A stretch of 61,470 bases of DNA, filler included, from Sphacelaria rigidula (GCA_964200075.2; 8 parts of 8 records of this genome joined end to end with filler, not necessarily neighbours in it), one strand, 5' to 3'. Counted from the whole stretch's first letter, positions 36,160 to 50,171 are shown. Numbers and translations: made by a program. The notes: generated by a model from the letters alone, not told the origin.

Positions 36160-36805
36160 CGAGGCTTTACATGGGATCACGGGACAGACAGGACGGGACA
36201 TTTGGAGATGTGTCGGGACGGAATGCACGCCCCTGAATGCACGACAGACCGAGACAGGACGGAAGACAGGGTGTCTGGACAGGACGGGAACTTCTCGTCC
36301 CGTTGTCAAGGGAAGGAGGAAATATCGTCCTTCGAGATCCTCGTTCCGTTCCGTCCCGTCTCGACGGGAAAAGAAGGACTGTCCCGTGAGATGCCCGTCC
36401 CGCCCCGTCCCGTCCCACCCCGTCCCGTCGTCAACCGATAATGTGCCCTAAACCCAAAATATACGCGCTGAGACCAGAATACTCGAAGTATTACACGAGC
36501 GATGCCTTCACGCATCAGTAAACATGATCATGGCTTTTCTTTATTTGTAGCATGTATGGCTCGCGTCTGGTGAATATGCGAATATACCCCAATATAACTT
36601 CAATTTCCTGCGAGGTTGGACGAGATTTCTCGTTCCATCGACGGGGCGGCCAGTGGGGACGGAATGGGATGTCCCGTGAAATATGACGGGAAACAGTCAA
36701 TCGGATCCCATGAGGAAGGGACGGGAACGGAAAAAACCAGGACGGGAACAGAACGGGAAAACTCGTCCCGTGCCGTCATTTTTCCCGTGAGGCGTGAAAA
36801 ACCCT
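36160..36805. mobile_element. hAT-like MITE with GGGACGG/CCCGTCC subterminal repeats
   Basis: Ends CGAGGCTTTACATGGGA / CGTGAAAAACCCTG (degenerate CAGGG TIR); many GGGACGG and CCCGTCCC motifs in both orientations. Confidence 0.6.
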
Positions 36806-38382
36806 GTAAAATTCGACGATAATCGATAACATGCGGGAGTGTTGATCAAATACTCGACGTCATAATGCCAGAAGGAAATACGGGTTGATCCCTTAAGACT
36901 ACGGGTTCGTCCCAAGGAAGGAAAGCCACCACGAGTATGGCGAAGAATCAGGGGGCAGCAGAGACACCCCTCCGCTCCCAGGCCTCGCCTTGTACAACCA
37001 TCTTCAAGACACAAAAACGATCACATTTTTTGTTATCGTCTAAAACTGCAGTAGTAACAGAGTTGCCAGGTGACATGCAAGTATTTTGTCTAACCGATGT
37101 TACGTGGGGTTCAGGCTCACTTAATATGTGTTGTCCCTCAGCTGCATTTTGATGTCTGTCGTTCCCTGTGTGCATTGCACATTCCTGGGGTATAGGGGCA
37201 CAGATTGACGAAGTAGCCCGCAAAAAAGGCGGGGAATTCCTCAAAACGTTAATACAGTAAAGGGCTCACGTAATAAATGGACAAAGTGCGAGTGCTACAG
37301 CAGCGGAACGCTCAGCACATCGATGGCGTGACGACACCAACACTACATAAAGAAATACACAAAATTAAAAACTACACAGAAACAGAACTGCCAGACCTGC
37401 AAGTATTGTCTATCCAATGTTTACACACAGGTATAAGCGGCCATGAACGCACTCTGAAAGCTTTGAATTAGGTGCAGGAGTGACCCAGGACATATAGATA
37501 ATCCTCTAGGTGAGCTGATATCTTCGTACATCCTTTCTACGGAGTGCGGGGTGATCTCCAGGAAATTCCTAAACTCAGCGACTGTACTGCGTTTTATTAT
37601 TAATCAAATCCGTTTGATTTTTCTGACCCGCAGTGCGCTTTTGTGAGTAAGGAGGTCAGGAGCAGTGTACATTCGTGCTCCAACTCTAGTGGTATACCTT
37701 ATACACGGGAGCCAACTTCAGTTTTAGAGGTCCGGCTACGTGTGGCAGCTGGATTTCTTGGATTTAGAGTACCCTCCCCCACTGTGGGGTCATATCGAAA
37801 ATTAGGCCATGAATTGTCGCTTGATCTATTATGTAGACCAGTTGGTTGATCATGCGGTCATATGGAGCGGTAGGACTCGCCCAAAGCCTACAGTAGGACC
37901 TACGTAGCTACGTACTGCATTGTATCACCGCACAGTCTGTGAACGCAGTCTGGGAAACGACTCAACCTACTCGACAACTAAAAGCAATTGATAATGTCAT
38001 AGGTATTCCTCGACACTCACCTCCTCTCGGGTACTGGAAACAGGGAGGTATACATCTGCCGCGCGGGGTCGAGAATTTATGGCGGACCTCAAGCTAGATG
38101 ACGAATTCGGATCAGCACTAGCAGGAGCAGGGTCGAAGCCTGCGTTCGCCAATCTTGTCCGCTTCCGGGCCAAAGACGCGACACAGAAGGAGTTCCCGAC
38201 CACTCTAACTCTAACGTGGGTGGCATTCTCTCAATGCTTGTTCAGCTTGCTGACACTGGGCACCAACCCATACTTCGGTATCGAGCTAAGTAATCGGCAA
38301 GATAGGGGGGGGGGGGGGGGCGACCCCATTTGTTTCTTGCCTTAGGCATTTGACCATTGCCCACGCACCCCTTTCGGGGCGG

Positions 38383-38482
38383 NNNNNNNNNNNNNNNNNN
38401 NNNNNNNNNNNNNNNNNNNNNNNNNNTTAATTAATTAANNNNNNNNNNNNNNNNNNNNNNNNNNNNNNNNNNNNNNNNNNNN
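38383..38482. other. Artificial contig spacer
   Basis: N44-TTAATTAATTAA-N44. Confidence 0.98.
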
Positions 38483-39142
38483 GTTTGTTCGGGACACAGT
38501 CACATAGTCGCCGAATGTCGGGGCACATGAGTTTTGTCAGAGGTTACCCAGGGACATGCTTCTGCCGTTCAATACGCTAGAGCACATCACCAATCAATCA
38601 GGTAGTCTACGAAGTCAGGTTTGAAATAATTGAGTCAAGACAGTTTCCCTGTAGATACATGGCCGGCGATCTTGAATATGTCAGGATCCGGCGTAACTGA
38701 CGTTTCCTCCGATATCTTGCTCGTGTTGTGGCGTGCAACTCACCACACGGATGCAGCGACGGGCGAGATATGTGCGCACACCACTCGACCATGTACAGCG
38801 GTGAAATATAGCAAGAGGCAACTCAGCCGGCGTTTCTGAGCTGTTGAGTAGTCAGTTCAACTTCCACAAGTCGGGGCTTGACAACAATTTGATTTTAGAT
38901 GCTCTTGATGCACCCACATGTTTGGTTCCTCGACTTTTTCTCGATTCACGACCGATACATGGGGTGAAAGCAGGAAAAGCTATGCGGCATACGATAGTAC
39001 AAGAACACGGCAGCACATTTCTCGCAACAACGGACGGTACCCTGTGACTGTGCCGCTGGAAGAAGCGAAAAAGAAGTGAGCACGGGCGTTTCATGCTGGA
39101 GTACCTACATGCCCAGACACGCTCGCTTCATTCACAAATCAC

Positions 39143-40029
39143 CTCGAGGATGATTTTGTCCTCTGCCGCTCGGTCTGCCTCTAGCGCGGCGATTTGAACG
39201 TCCTTGGCCTCACAGCTCGCTTCCAACGAGGAAACGCTGGCCTTCTGCACCGCTAGCTCCTTCGACAGGCCGAGAAGCTGTGCCGCGACCGCCGCTTCGC
39301 GGGCGTCGCGTGTCCGCCCCTCCCGCTTCAGCTCCTCCACCTCGCGCGCGACCCGCAACCGCGCCGCCATCAGGCCACTGGCTTCCGCCGCGAAGTTTGA
39401 AAATTCGGCGTTCGCGGCCGACACCTGGTTTTCCGCCTCAAGGCAGAAATCGGACTGTGCAGAGGGAAGCAGGCGGTGGCGGCGTAAGAGGCTGGAGGTC
39501 AGGCTCACCACCATGCCATTCCATCCACCGGCAAAATCCAACATACATGAACGTGACAAGAGCGGCTTTCCTCACGTCGTCTGTTCGACGGGCTGCAGAA
39601 ACATCGCTCTGAACTTGGCGCAACGGCATATTCCGATCTTCTTCCACACCAGTGTCTTTTGCAAGCACGAAAACATCGCGCTGCTTCACGGATGCTTATC
39701 CGGTGTCGTCGAGAACGATAAATGTGCTGACACTCGCACTTGCGGCAAAACTTGCGGTCTGCGTGCAGGCCTGTGGTTCCAACCAATTCGGGCGGATTTG
39801 CTCCTGCAACTTCGCCATTCTGGCTCGATACAACGCTCATCTCAACAACAGTACTTTTGGCCCTCACCAGCCCTTGCTTGATGGTGAGGAGTTCGCCGCA
39901 GCTGCGGCTGGTGATGCCGTTCGCGGCGTCCAGTCGACAAAACACCTCCGACAGCATGGCTCGGTTCTCGACGCCAAGGAGGAAACTCTGACGATGCTCG
40001 CCGTGGCCAATAGAGAGCGTGTCGGCCCG
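39143..40029 (-). CDS. Coiled-coil protein, internal exons (partial)
   Basis: Exons 40029-39868, 39680-39576, 39454-39143 (SDFCLEAENQVSAANAEFSNFAAEASGLMAARLRVAREVEELKRE...), all AG/GT-bounded phase 0; possible upstream exon approx. 40130-40260. Confidence 0.65.
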
Positions 40030-40999
40030 CTGTTCAGGGGTCAAGAAATATCGTTACGCGAGACACATGTCAGCGTAAGGAACGGCGCTGATAAAACACA
40101 AGCTTGGCAAAGAAAAAACGTACACGCCAATTTGGCTCGAGAACGTCGGAGCTGACCCCGTGTGACCACGAGCTGGGCCAGCTGACAGTGGTTGTCGAAT
40201 GTTTCCTGGTTTTCGGCTGTGATTAATTCGACAAGCTGGGAGCCGAAATTTTGACGCGACACTTTCGTCATCAATACGCACAGCCATCCGGGGGATGCAA
40301 CGAAGAACAAACAAGCAGAAAGTTGGAGCGATTCGAAGTTTCTGCAAAAACTGGGAAAATCCTACAACTCCGTGAAAATTGAAAAAATACGTCGGCATCC
40401 CTTGGGTTGTTGTACGTACTTGTGTGCAGAACATCCTGGTGCAGCTCCGGCCAAAAGTGCCTCAAATTGAACGCAGTACGGCACTCTTTGTGTGACACGG
40501 CTGCGCCCCTTTAATCCAAGTAATATGGGAGACTCCAGTTATGGAGGTCGAGAGTTCGAATCCGGACGGATGCATTTTTCCTTGTACCGTCAGTGTCGGT
40601 ATCGTCATGCATGACGTAGTACATTTTCTTTTCATTTCTTCTTCAGTCAGCGGCGGTGCCGTGCGTTACCAGGCTGGTCTGCAGGTCACACCGATATACT
40701 CGAGTCGGGCCAATATGGTAAACTCGATGAGTTGTCCTTTGACATGCAAATGCGGGATTTACTGCTGGCCCAGCACGTGGACCAAATCTCAACAGAAAAA
40801 ATGCCCGTCTATAGTGCCAAGCACCACATGCGATAGTACTATCGCCAGCCCCCGCCCCCCAACACACACCGGGAATCTTGTTGGGTGCTCCGTACAGCAA
40901 CATGCGTCAAGTTGAGCATGCGCCTACAGTTCTTATTACGTGATACATACGTCAAGGTTGTGGTGAAGGGAGAATTAGTAAACACAGGAACAAGCAATC

Positions 41000-41800
41000 G
41001 AGGAGGTGTTTCCCGCGAGAGCGGTAGGTGAAAGACAACACCATCTCCTCAAGTGACGGCGGGTTTTGTACTTCAATCTCGAGAATGGAGCCGTGCACTT
41101 CCCAGACATCCCGATGACGACACATGCCAAAGGCGATATTCTCCCCCCTACTTTCACGTTAGCCGGCGCGGCTTCGCACGGAGTTGTTGAGAAAAGTCGT
41201 GAGCGAGAATCTTCCGTCACCCGGGTTATCTTCCTGCGTTTCTCACGGCTACTGGAAAAGTGACTCACCAGTGCATATTGAAGCCTATCCAACGTCGTCT
41301 GGGAGAAGTTCATGATCGTTTCCTTGTAGGTTATATCCAGGTCAAGCGGGGCAACGGAACAACGACAGAGCACGCATTCGACGGTGAACAGGCCAGGTTA
41401 GTGCTGTGCTGTTGCGGATCGTACTACTCCAGAGCTTCAATACAACAGCGCGGCGGTCAATGTACATCATATTTTGTATGCAGTTCCAACTAACGGTGCA
41501 TGTTCGTGATTTTCCGTTCGTGAAATACTCCTGCAAAAGCGCCGACTTTCCTGCTCTAGGGCAGCAATCGTCGACCTCAACAATCGACGTACGAGACAGA
41601 GATTAGGATTGGTGGCGTCACTGAGGTCGAGGCTTGTACGACCGAAACCAAAACTTGTCCTCTCTTCTCCGATGCCCGTGAGGATAGTGATGCAGTCGCT
41701 GGCCATTTTGTCAGCATGATCGACTATCGCGCATAAAGTGACTCCCTGCTTGAGGAGATTTGCCCCTGGTCCCAAGATGAACGTACCCGACGTCAACAGA
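41000..41800 (-). pseudogene. Possible decayed PIF/Harbinger-type (DDE_Tnp_4-like) transposase fragment
   Basis: Fragments ITYKETIMNFSQTTLD and TTFLNNSVRSRAG*RESRGENIAFGMCRHRDVW loosely resemble the y..yK...Q..vD and FN..ls..R..vE.aFG.lk.rw motifs; multiple stops and frameshifts. Confidence 0.3.
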
Positions 41801-42499
41801 AACGCAAACGCAAACGCCCACTAATATTGATAGTACACGAATCCCGAGAGAGGGGAAATACGAAAGTAGAGAGCGTGAAGGCAAACAAAGTGAAATGCCA
41901 AACAAGAATCGAAGGCACTCGGCCCACAGACAGGGGCAAAACGTATGAGTGGAGAGGTTTTTCGACCAATTGAGCTCTCTAAATTAAGATTGTATAAATA
42001 TCCACTATTTTCAGGGGTTGATTTGATACTTGTTTTTTCTTCCAAACCGGCTTGATTTCATCATGACTAGTTGATTATATCGACTGATCGACAACACGTC
42101 AATTAAATCAACGAACTTGATTACTTGATTTTTTTCGGTAAAATTCAAGCAACACACAAGCCAAAAATCGGCTGAATTATCTCGTGTAACGATGTAGAGC
42201 ACACGAGCACGCACACGCGAGCCCACAGCAGCAGCAGCAGCAGCAGCAGCAGCACAGCAGTCTTGTGTTCAATATTCTACCCGTAGCTCAACCTGCTGCA
42301 TCGGTACTCAAGGACCCCGTCTTCCTGCACCACCGCTGCATTTTACTTCGAAGCACTCTCAAAAATGAAACAAGTACAGTAGTGGGCGGTCATCTGAAAT
42401 CAAGCAAATCGCACGAGTAACGTCAACATTCCATGCTTCACCCAGGAAAACGTTTCGACGGTAAGCACCGAGTAGCCCTCTCCTTGACTATCTCATCTA

Positions 42500-42730
42500 T
42501 CTCGAGCAAAACGGAGGGTGGTAAGCCCCTCCGAGTGAAGCCCGCTATGCCGTGCTGTACTGCCATGTGATGTTTCTCGTCGACCGGTAAGCGAAGCCAT
42601 ACCAACACGAACATGCGCCTAGTAAGCTGGGGCGCGGACTCGAGCTGTGCCAACAACGCACACTTCTTGCCTAGGACATCAAATAGACACCCTTGGCCCG
42701 AGGCTTCTCGGGGCTGTACGTGTTTTGAGT
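42500..42730 (+). repeat. Dispersed repeat with a second direct copy at approx. 44490-44720
   Basis: ACGGAGGG.GGTAAGCCCC..CGAGTGAAGCC...ACCGGTAAGCGAAGCCA...AGTAAGCTGGGG.GCGGACTCGAGCT..GCCAAC shared. Confidence 0.85.
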
Positions 42731-43850
42731 AAGAGGCTGGGTAGCAGGGCTCTCGTTGTAACATATACTATCAAGCACAACAAACGACTGGGCGCACACG
42801 GGTGGCAGCTGGTGCATTTTACAGTCTAACTGTCACATACCTTTTTGAGAGTCGTTGGGTTTTTGGGGAGGTTGAGATGTGTTTGAGGGAGGGGGGGGGT
42901 GGGGGGGGGGCGCAATGGTGACATTTTGATTATATTTTTATTTTGCACATAAGCCACATCTCTCGAACCCGTGGTAACAGATACAGGGTGGCCCCCTCAG
43001 TATGCTATATATACATATTCCCTATACGATAATCGTGAAATATCCCCACACGACGTTGCCCACGTTTTTCGAGGGATATACGATAAAAAAAAAACTATAT
43101 CCAAGTACGTCACACCATGTACTCTACATACAGGGACTGGTGGTATATGATATTGATGACCAAAAGAACGTGACGTACGAGCCTACATCACGTGAAATAT
43201 GTCAACAGATGAATTCCTATGACTTCAAACGCGTTATGCGCACAATTTTCCTTTCCCACCACACATTTTCGGAAACATCACGTGCTAACACACACCCTTA
43301 GCAATCCATTCTTCGATCGAACGAGTACGGCAGAAACTGAATGCGGCGGAAAATAAAAATAAAAATTCCCACGTGAAAGGTCGTCGCTGATGTGCACATC
43401 GTCAATTCTGTTGAAATGACCACCAGTCCATCAGTCTTGTCCATCGCACTTTTCTCATGGAAATGTCATTTGTTTAGACGCGCCCAGCTATCGGGTTGCA
43501 TCGAATATCGAAAAGGAGTACGAGTAGTCCTGAGGCTATATCATGTTCTTCTGTTCTACCTTCTCTGTCCCTTCATTTTCTGCAGCGAGTGTTTCAGTTC
43601 CGTGTTGTCTCAGGCACGTCTATCATGTGACCACGGCTGAATGAATCCCTGCAGGGTCAGTCAGTCAAAGTGCGATAATTTAGCAATCAATCAAATCAAG
43701 CATGTGTACGGTAGTTGGACACAAATGAGCAGACGGTTTGCACGAGAACAAGAACTTACTCAGTCGTACACAAAACGGCGGGTATTCCACCCGTCAGATC
43801 TGCTGACCGGTTGATGACCGCCGTCAGGGCGCCTTTTCCCAGGCCGTGTC

Positions 43851-44029
43851 TGTCTCAGCACATCAATTTTCGATCGAAAAAGTGCGGTGGAAAACAAACA
43901 TCCCGATCTGATAGGTCGTGATCTCAACCGTCTTCAAAATTAACGACGATGTTTGAAATGACGAATTATCAGATCGGGATTTTTGTTTTCCACCGCACAA
44001 TTTTGATCGAAAACGAATGTGCCAAGACA
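43851..44029. repeat. Foldback with approx. 62-bp arms (likely MITE-internal)
   Basis: GTGCGGTGGAAAACAAACATCCCGATCTGATA (to 43912) versus TATCAGATCGGGATTTTTGTTTTCCACCGCAC (from 43967). Confidence 0.8.
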
Positions 44030-46078
44030 GGCGCCAACACACGCCCTCATACTGGGGCCTCGAACGATCGGGGCGTGCCAAGCTCCTATAACGAGGATCA
44101 AGGTTATGGCCAGAGGTTGTATCGGCGCGCACCCCACATGGCACGGAAGTGGTCCGAGTGTCGACGGAACGATCGCAGTCACTGAGTCGAAGCAAATTGT
44201 ACAAGTATGAAACAAGCTGCCTGAGATTGTCAACACTCCTTTTTCGTAGCTCCAAACAGGGTGCTATAATAGTATGAGGGGGACACAAACATTCCATGTT
44301 TGACCCAGGGGAACGTGTAGATCGTACGTACCACAAATTATGTGGTGCACATCTTCGCCAGAAGAGATGGTGAGCGCCGACATGCTTTGCTGTCAAACCA
44401 CGCTGTCGTAATCTGTTTTTCAAAACCATCGATGCAATTCAATCCCGCACTTTCGCCCCCTCTTTGACTACCGTATACCTTAATCTATCTCACGCAAGAC
44501 GGAGGGCGGTAAGCCCCTTCGAGTGAAGCCTGTGATGTCTACGTACTGTTGTACTGCGATGTGACTTGTTTTATCAACCGGTAAGCGAAGCCACACCGAC
44601 ACAACCATGCGCCCAGTAAGCTGGGGTGCGGACTCGAGCTCTGCCAACGCAAACTTTTTGCTCAGGACATCACATCCACCCCCTCCGTCCGAGGGTTTTC
44701 GGTATTGTCTCCATGTGTTGAGCTGAAGGTGAGCGTCATGACAACAACAGTACTATTCCAGCATATGCACTTGAACAAAAAACAAAGTATGTTCAACAAT
44801 GACGGGAAAAACATGTCTGTCCGCTCGCGTGAACGTCATTATACCCCCACCTCAACTACAGCCACAACATGAAAAGAAGCGGGAGCTACAACAGCAGTAC
44901 TAGTTGACAACCTACTGCCGCAGGCTCGAAACGCGGCTGCTTCTGGGAATTTGCACTAGCCCGCTAGAACATCATCTCGCCAATAAACCCATGCCCGTTA
45001 GTCTCTCCCTCTCTTTTTCTCTGTCTCTTTCCCTCTTTTTCTCTCCTTCTCTCTTGACGTCGATTTCGGCGCAACGATCTGAACTGGATGGCGAAGATGA
45101 CTAGCCTAACCCTTGGACCGCGAGGTAGTCTTCTGTTGAATCGGCATCAATTTCAAGTGAAAAAAAGTATGCATGGTCCGGAAAGACTAATCTCGCGTTT
45201 CAAGGGTTAAATGGGCTCTACAGACAGTAAGGTGCGGGTGGTGGAGACACTAAAACTGTGTACATGTACATGTCCGAATGTCACATGTGTCCCCAGATCA
45301 TGATGAGTTGTGCAAAACAGAAACAACGCGCATGGAGCGCGAGAGTCGGGCTGTAGACGCACGCGTTTTCAGACTAATTTCGTGTCGTGTCAAGCACTGT
45401 AAAATAAACCTGCCTCTATATGGGAACACTCGTTTCATGAGGCGAATCACGCTCTACACGTGGTCCGATTTTCTCAGAGTCGCGGGAAGTCGTGGGATGG
45501 AGAAGAGCGAAATGAATGTAAAGCACTGCCAACCGTAGACGGCCAGTTGTGTGTTGCGCGTGAGGAGATATCTTACGAGAAGAGCCTCGCCAATATCACT
45601 TGTCACTTGTCAGTCTGAAATCACGAACCTTTGCGATGTCAAGTAGCTCCTTGCCGTAGCCTTCCTTCGTACAAAGTGTCCTGTTCGCTGTTGCTTTGAC
45701 TTCTTGGGATGATCTGGATTGGACAAGGTGGCGCAAAGCGCCTATGGCCATTATTTACTACTCTCTGTTTGCACCAAACCGATCTCTCGGACCCGTGGTC
45801 ACAGGTGTAGGTCCGCCTTCCTCGTATACTGTATCCTATTTCATACATCTGCCCCGCTACAATATATCCTATGATATGGCTGGCTCACTATAGATGATGG
45901 AAGTATACAACTACTCATTTTTACATTGAGGCGGGGAAACATCCTCGCAGCAAATCGAAACGAACTGACGCCAAGTGCGTGCAAATTGACAAGCAGTACA
46001 GTATTGCCCGAAATGTGTCCGAGTGGTCTCGAGTTGTAGAGGAGGGGGCTAGTTCGTATACGACAGCTTGGATCGAAG

Positions 46079-46178
46079 NNNNNNNNNNNNNNNNNNNNNN
46101 NNNNNNNNNNNNNNNNNNNNNNTTAATTAATTAANNNNNNNNNNNNNNNNNNNNNNNNNNNNNNNNNNNNNNNNNNNN
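46079..46178. other. Artificial contig spacer
   Basis: N44-TTAATTAATTAA-N44. Confidence 0.98.
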
Positions 46179-46314
46179 GATCGTCGAGTATAAACAGCCG
46201 ATCATCTATGTTGAGGATGGTGCTTTTCATCTAGGTTTTAATCCTCCGGGTTCTCATCCTCAATGAAAAGCACCATCCTCAACATAGATGATCGGCTGTT
46301 TATACTCGACGATC
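46179..46314. repeat. Perfect 52-bp inverted repeat at contig start
   Basis: 46179-46230 is the exact reverse complement of 46263-46314; 32-nt spacer. Confidence 0.9.
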
Positions 46315-46343
46315 TGAGGAAAGTGATACTTTTGATTGTCATG

Positions 46344-46938
46344 TGTTGGAATTTGAGAAATAACAGTTCCGAATATACATACCCGAGATTAGCGGTAAAA
46401 CCAGTAACAGTTCATCCTTAAAACAACGATCGAAGTAATACACGAAGAAGTAGCATAATCGCCGTAGAAAAATGAATAGCTCATGTACTGTATAGCTCGT
46501 ATGCAGACAGTCAGCATATTGTCAGCATAGTGAAGGGTTAAGTACGAAGAGTCTAAGGTATCAACAGTTTGGATAAACAGTTTTATAGTGTTCAAGAGTT
46601 TTGTCGACAGAGCGAAATAGCCCCGCGGAATTTACTCTCCAAAGCGACCCACCTCACGGAAGCCTACCAGTTTGCTATCAGTCTTCGATGAAGTAGAGTC
46701 TGTGTTTGATTCGAGTAATGCCCAGATGAAGCGGCAAGTTCCATAACCTTTTCTCATCGCACAAGCATGTATGTGTTTGACCAACACAGTGCAGCCTCTG
46801 CGAGCTTTCTTGTTAGAGCTGGGTCCACCAGTTGAACTAATTCTTCCTGTCAGGTGGACAGTTGAACACTGTGTATTTTTTACACAAGCCACGATAGCCA
46901 CACACACACACATATATATATACATATATATTTCAACA
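46344..46938 (+). repeat. 5' LTR (595 bp)
   Basis: Direct repeat of 50172-50762; TG...CA ends. Confidence 0.95.
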
Positions 46939-47195
46939 GGTTAGAGCCTCACCACGCGAACAGGCTATTATTGTGTGACTACAGTATAGTACCGTAGTCT
47001 TCGGCACCAGCAGCCAGGACACTCAATCGAGGACGTCAAACTGCAGCAGGGAAGGAGCGTGGTCGTCCCGCCTATCAGCGAGGGCATCAAGAAGAAATTG
47101 AGGTGTGGATAGTGTAGTTCCGTCGCAAAGACGAAGAAGAAATCCAAGGTGAAGAGACATTGAGTTGTGAATAGAAGTAACACAGATTGTAACGG

Positions 47196-49085
47196 ATGAA
47201 CTTATCTAGGGAACCATCCGTTACTGAAGTCATAGAGAGTCTCTGTAAGGTTTACGGGACAAATTTCCTTGAGTGGAAACGGTCCGTTCGGGCAGTAGTT
47301 TCAATGACACACCCGGGCATTTCGCAAATTGTTAACGGCAGAAATCGTCCCGGAAGAAATTTATGAGCTTAGGCAACGACAGGATGAAGGAATTCTGCAG
47401 GTCAGTGCTAGAAGTACGTCGAGAGTAAGTCCTCTAGCTACACGTTTTAGAAGCCTTGCAACGAGAGCAGGAACAGAAACGTCTTTAGAGGAGACGTCGA
47501 CAGTAAGAGTAGCTGTCTCATCACGTCAGGATTCCACAGTAGTTGGAGTAGATGGCACTAACACCCATACAAGAGTAGTCAATAACGCACACGAAGTAGC
47601 TGATTTCGATTGCAATATGAAGTGCTGTTTCATATGTTGTACCTGACTACGACCGCACCTGCGAACAGCTTTTTGCTGAGGTTCGAACCACAGGGCGCCG
47701 ATAGACCTGATGGTAAAAAAGCTTGGGAAGGGTTGATTGCGGAGTATCAGAACTCGTCCAAACAAAGACGTCGAATTCTCATGAGATAGTTGGACAATTC
47801 AACTATGTCGCAGGGTGAGGACCCGGATGTAGTCCTCTCAAATTTATATCAAATCAGAAACAGTGGACTTATATCAATGAGAGCGTCAGTGAAGAACGGT
47901 CACCAGATACAGTAATAGAAGGACTGACTGATGATTACAGTCAAATTAAATACGACGCTGAACGAGATCCTGGTTTTAGCGTTTCATAGATCAAATCCAC
48001 TGTGAGGAATCTATATGTCAATCGTTTAGCTCGTGGTTCCTCGAATGAAAAGTCACATGGTAGATATGACACTTTCTACGATAGCCCCCCCCCCCAAAAG
48101 TCCATGGTTTTGGGAGGCAAAATCTTCACGTAGATCGAAATGGGGAAAGCCGAGCACGACGAGAAGCTGGATAATCCCACGCTTATGTTCATTCTAGCCA
48201 CTGTCGTCAATATGAGGCGCTTCATGCAGCCTGAACCCGAACATCAGGCGCTGTATGGCCATTTGTTTCGTGACACTTTTAGCTGGTGTTTTGGGGGGGC
48301 TATCGTAGAAAGTGTCAGATAGTGCTATGGTTGCAGCATCGCCTGCAGATTATTACGGGAAGAAAACAGTACACCAAGTGAGGTGTTTCACGTGTGGTAA
48401 GATAGGTCATTACATGCGTGAGTGTAGATCTAGCCAGCAGCCTAATGATAATGTCAGACAGAGAAAATGGTGTACACTGCACAGAACAGCCAATCATGAT
48501 AACACGGAGTGTAAAAGTCAAAACAGGAATAAGGGCACAGGGAGTAGTAATGGCAATGTCGGGCACAACAGTGATGTCGAGCATAGTAGCAATCTGGAAC
48601 ATAGACATCAGCAAGTAAACACAGTTACCGTGGACACAAGTGCATATGCAGACCCTACAAATGCACAAGCTCTTCATGCAAGCGCATCATCGGCACAAGT
48701 GGCAGATAATTCGACTACAAGCACGATGGGATTTACCTTCCTCACAGAGCCTATACAAAATAGCAGTAGAAAAGTAGCCATGTCAATCTCGTTTTCAGTA
48801 ATAATCGACTCAGGGGCAGTCACCTACTGTGTAGACAGTAATTCACCACCTGGCATAGAGCGGAAAATGTCAGATTATGCCGAGTTCAATCCCCCAATAA
48901 GTATACGAACAGCAGGAGGACACCTGCTAAAATGAACAGGTAAAGGAGTTGTACACACGACAGTGGTAGATACCCATGGCTATGGGTGGTCTGTGCGTTT
49001 ACCAGCCATTGTAGTACCTAAATTAGGAAAACACTTATTTTCGCCTTACGAAGCACTCAAGAAGGGCGTGAGTACTATTTTTCAG
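47196..49085 (+). pseudogene. Copia gag-protease pseudogene
   Basis: NFLEWKRSVRAVV; DGKKAWEGLIAEYQ; GEDPD; zinc knuckles CFTCGKIGHYMREC and WCTLHRTANHDNTEC; protease IIDSGAVTYC...VVPKLGKHLFS; interrupted by stops, frameshifts and a MITE. Confidence 0.9.
48067..48317. mobile_element. MITE with TG...CA ends and 4-bp TSD GATA, inserted in gag
   Basis: GATA|TGACACTTTCTACGATAGCCCCCC ... GGGGGGCTATCGTAGAAAGTGTCA|GATA. Confidence 0.9.
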
Positions 49086-50171
49086 CAGATCAACATGTTT
49101 ATTTGGGAGATTTTCAAGTTCCGAAATAAATGTCGATAACAGCGGGATATTAAGGAGAATGAGTATGAAAATCACCCATGAGGGTAATTCAAGTAGCTCA
49201 GCGCTAACAACAACAGTAGTATAAGGAAAACCAATGGGCGTAGGAACAACTTTGCTAGTCGGCAAGAGAGCAAACGTAGATCAAGAATCGCGTAGGAAGC
49301 AGAAAAAAAGCAGTAAAAGTAAGGTATTTTCGACTAAGTCTAAGACATTAGATCAGAATAAGAGTAGATAACACTCTACAAGTAAGAAAAATAACCATTT
49401 TCACCAACACAGTAAGAGGCGGGAACAACAGCAGTCATCTTCACGACACAAAGCAGCGTATATTAAAGAGATACTGGGGATCAAGGATGACGCAGATTTA
49501 TTCTTAGGCAAACAAGTTCGAAATAAGAAGAGGGAGGCATGTCCAGCGAGTAGTAACATAAGATCAGTTCAGTCACCTTTATACCTGAGCAGTAGATCAG
49601 TAAAATCGCCTGCGTACATCAACAGCAAGGAGGATACACATGTGCGAAAAATAGAAGAAGCACGATCGCAAAATGTTTTTATTTCCAAACACTCCCAGTA
49701 ATGCAAACAGCAGGATTGTCAATTTCCAGCGACAAGGAAATACGGACGAAGAACAGATCCGAGAAGCATTCGATCGTCACGGACAACAGCGACGACGTCG
49801 ACACCAAGAAGCAGCAGACAAACATACTACAGACTAATGTTTTAGGTATAACGTAAAGTAGTACATCGTAGAGAATAAGCATCATCAACGACGTAGTGTA
49901 TCAACGATCAAGTGAAGAGCAAGAACAGAGGAGAGCAACTTCGACGACATCAACGGAGTAGATACGAGTAGTCGACTTTGTTATGGAGGAAGATATGAAT
50001 GAAGTACAGTAAGGTAGAGTAAGGTGCAAGGCACAGTAAGGCACAGTGAAGTACAGTAGAGTACATTAGCGAACAGTAAGGTACAGGAAAGTACAGCATA
50101 CACGTTGGATAGGAATGGGTGTGTTTTTTTTCTTTGATATATATATATTCGAAATATCATTTCGAAGGGCG

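Noticed and set aside
45661-45805. Possible exon PSFVQSVLFAVALTSWDDLDWTRWRKAPMAIIYYSLF
   Set aside because: Isolated, with no partner exons or recognisable family; similar unsupported candidates at approx. 24450-24540 and 38003-38290.
46310-46345. Hammerhead ribozyme / Penelope end (CTGAGGA...)
   Set aside because: No stem II followed by GAAA and no closing stems; other CTGATGA hits (approx. 18236, 32406) also lack the fold.
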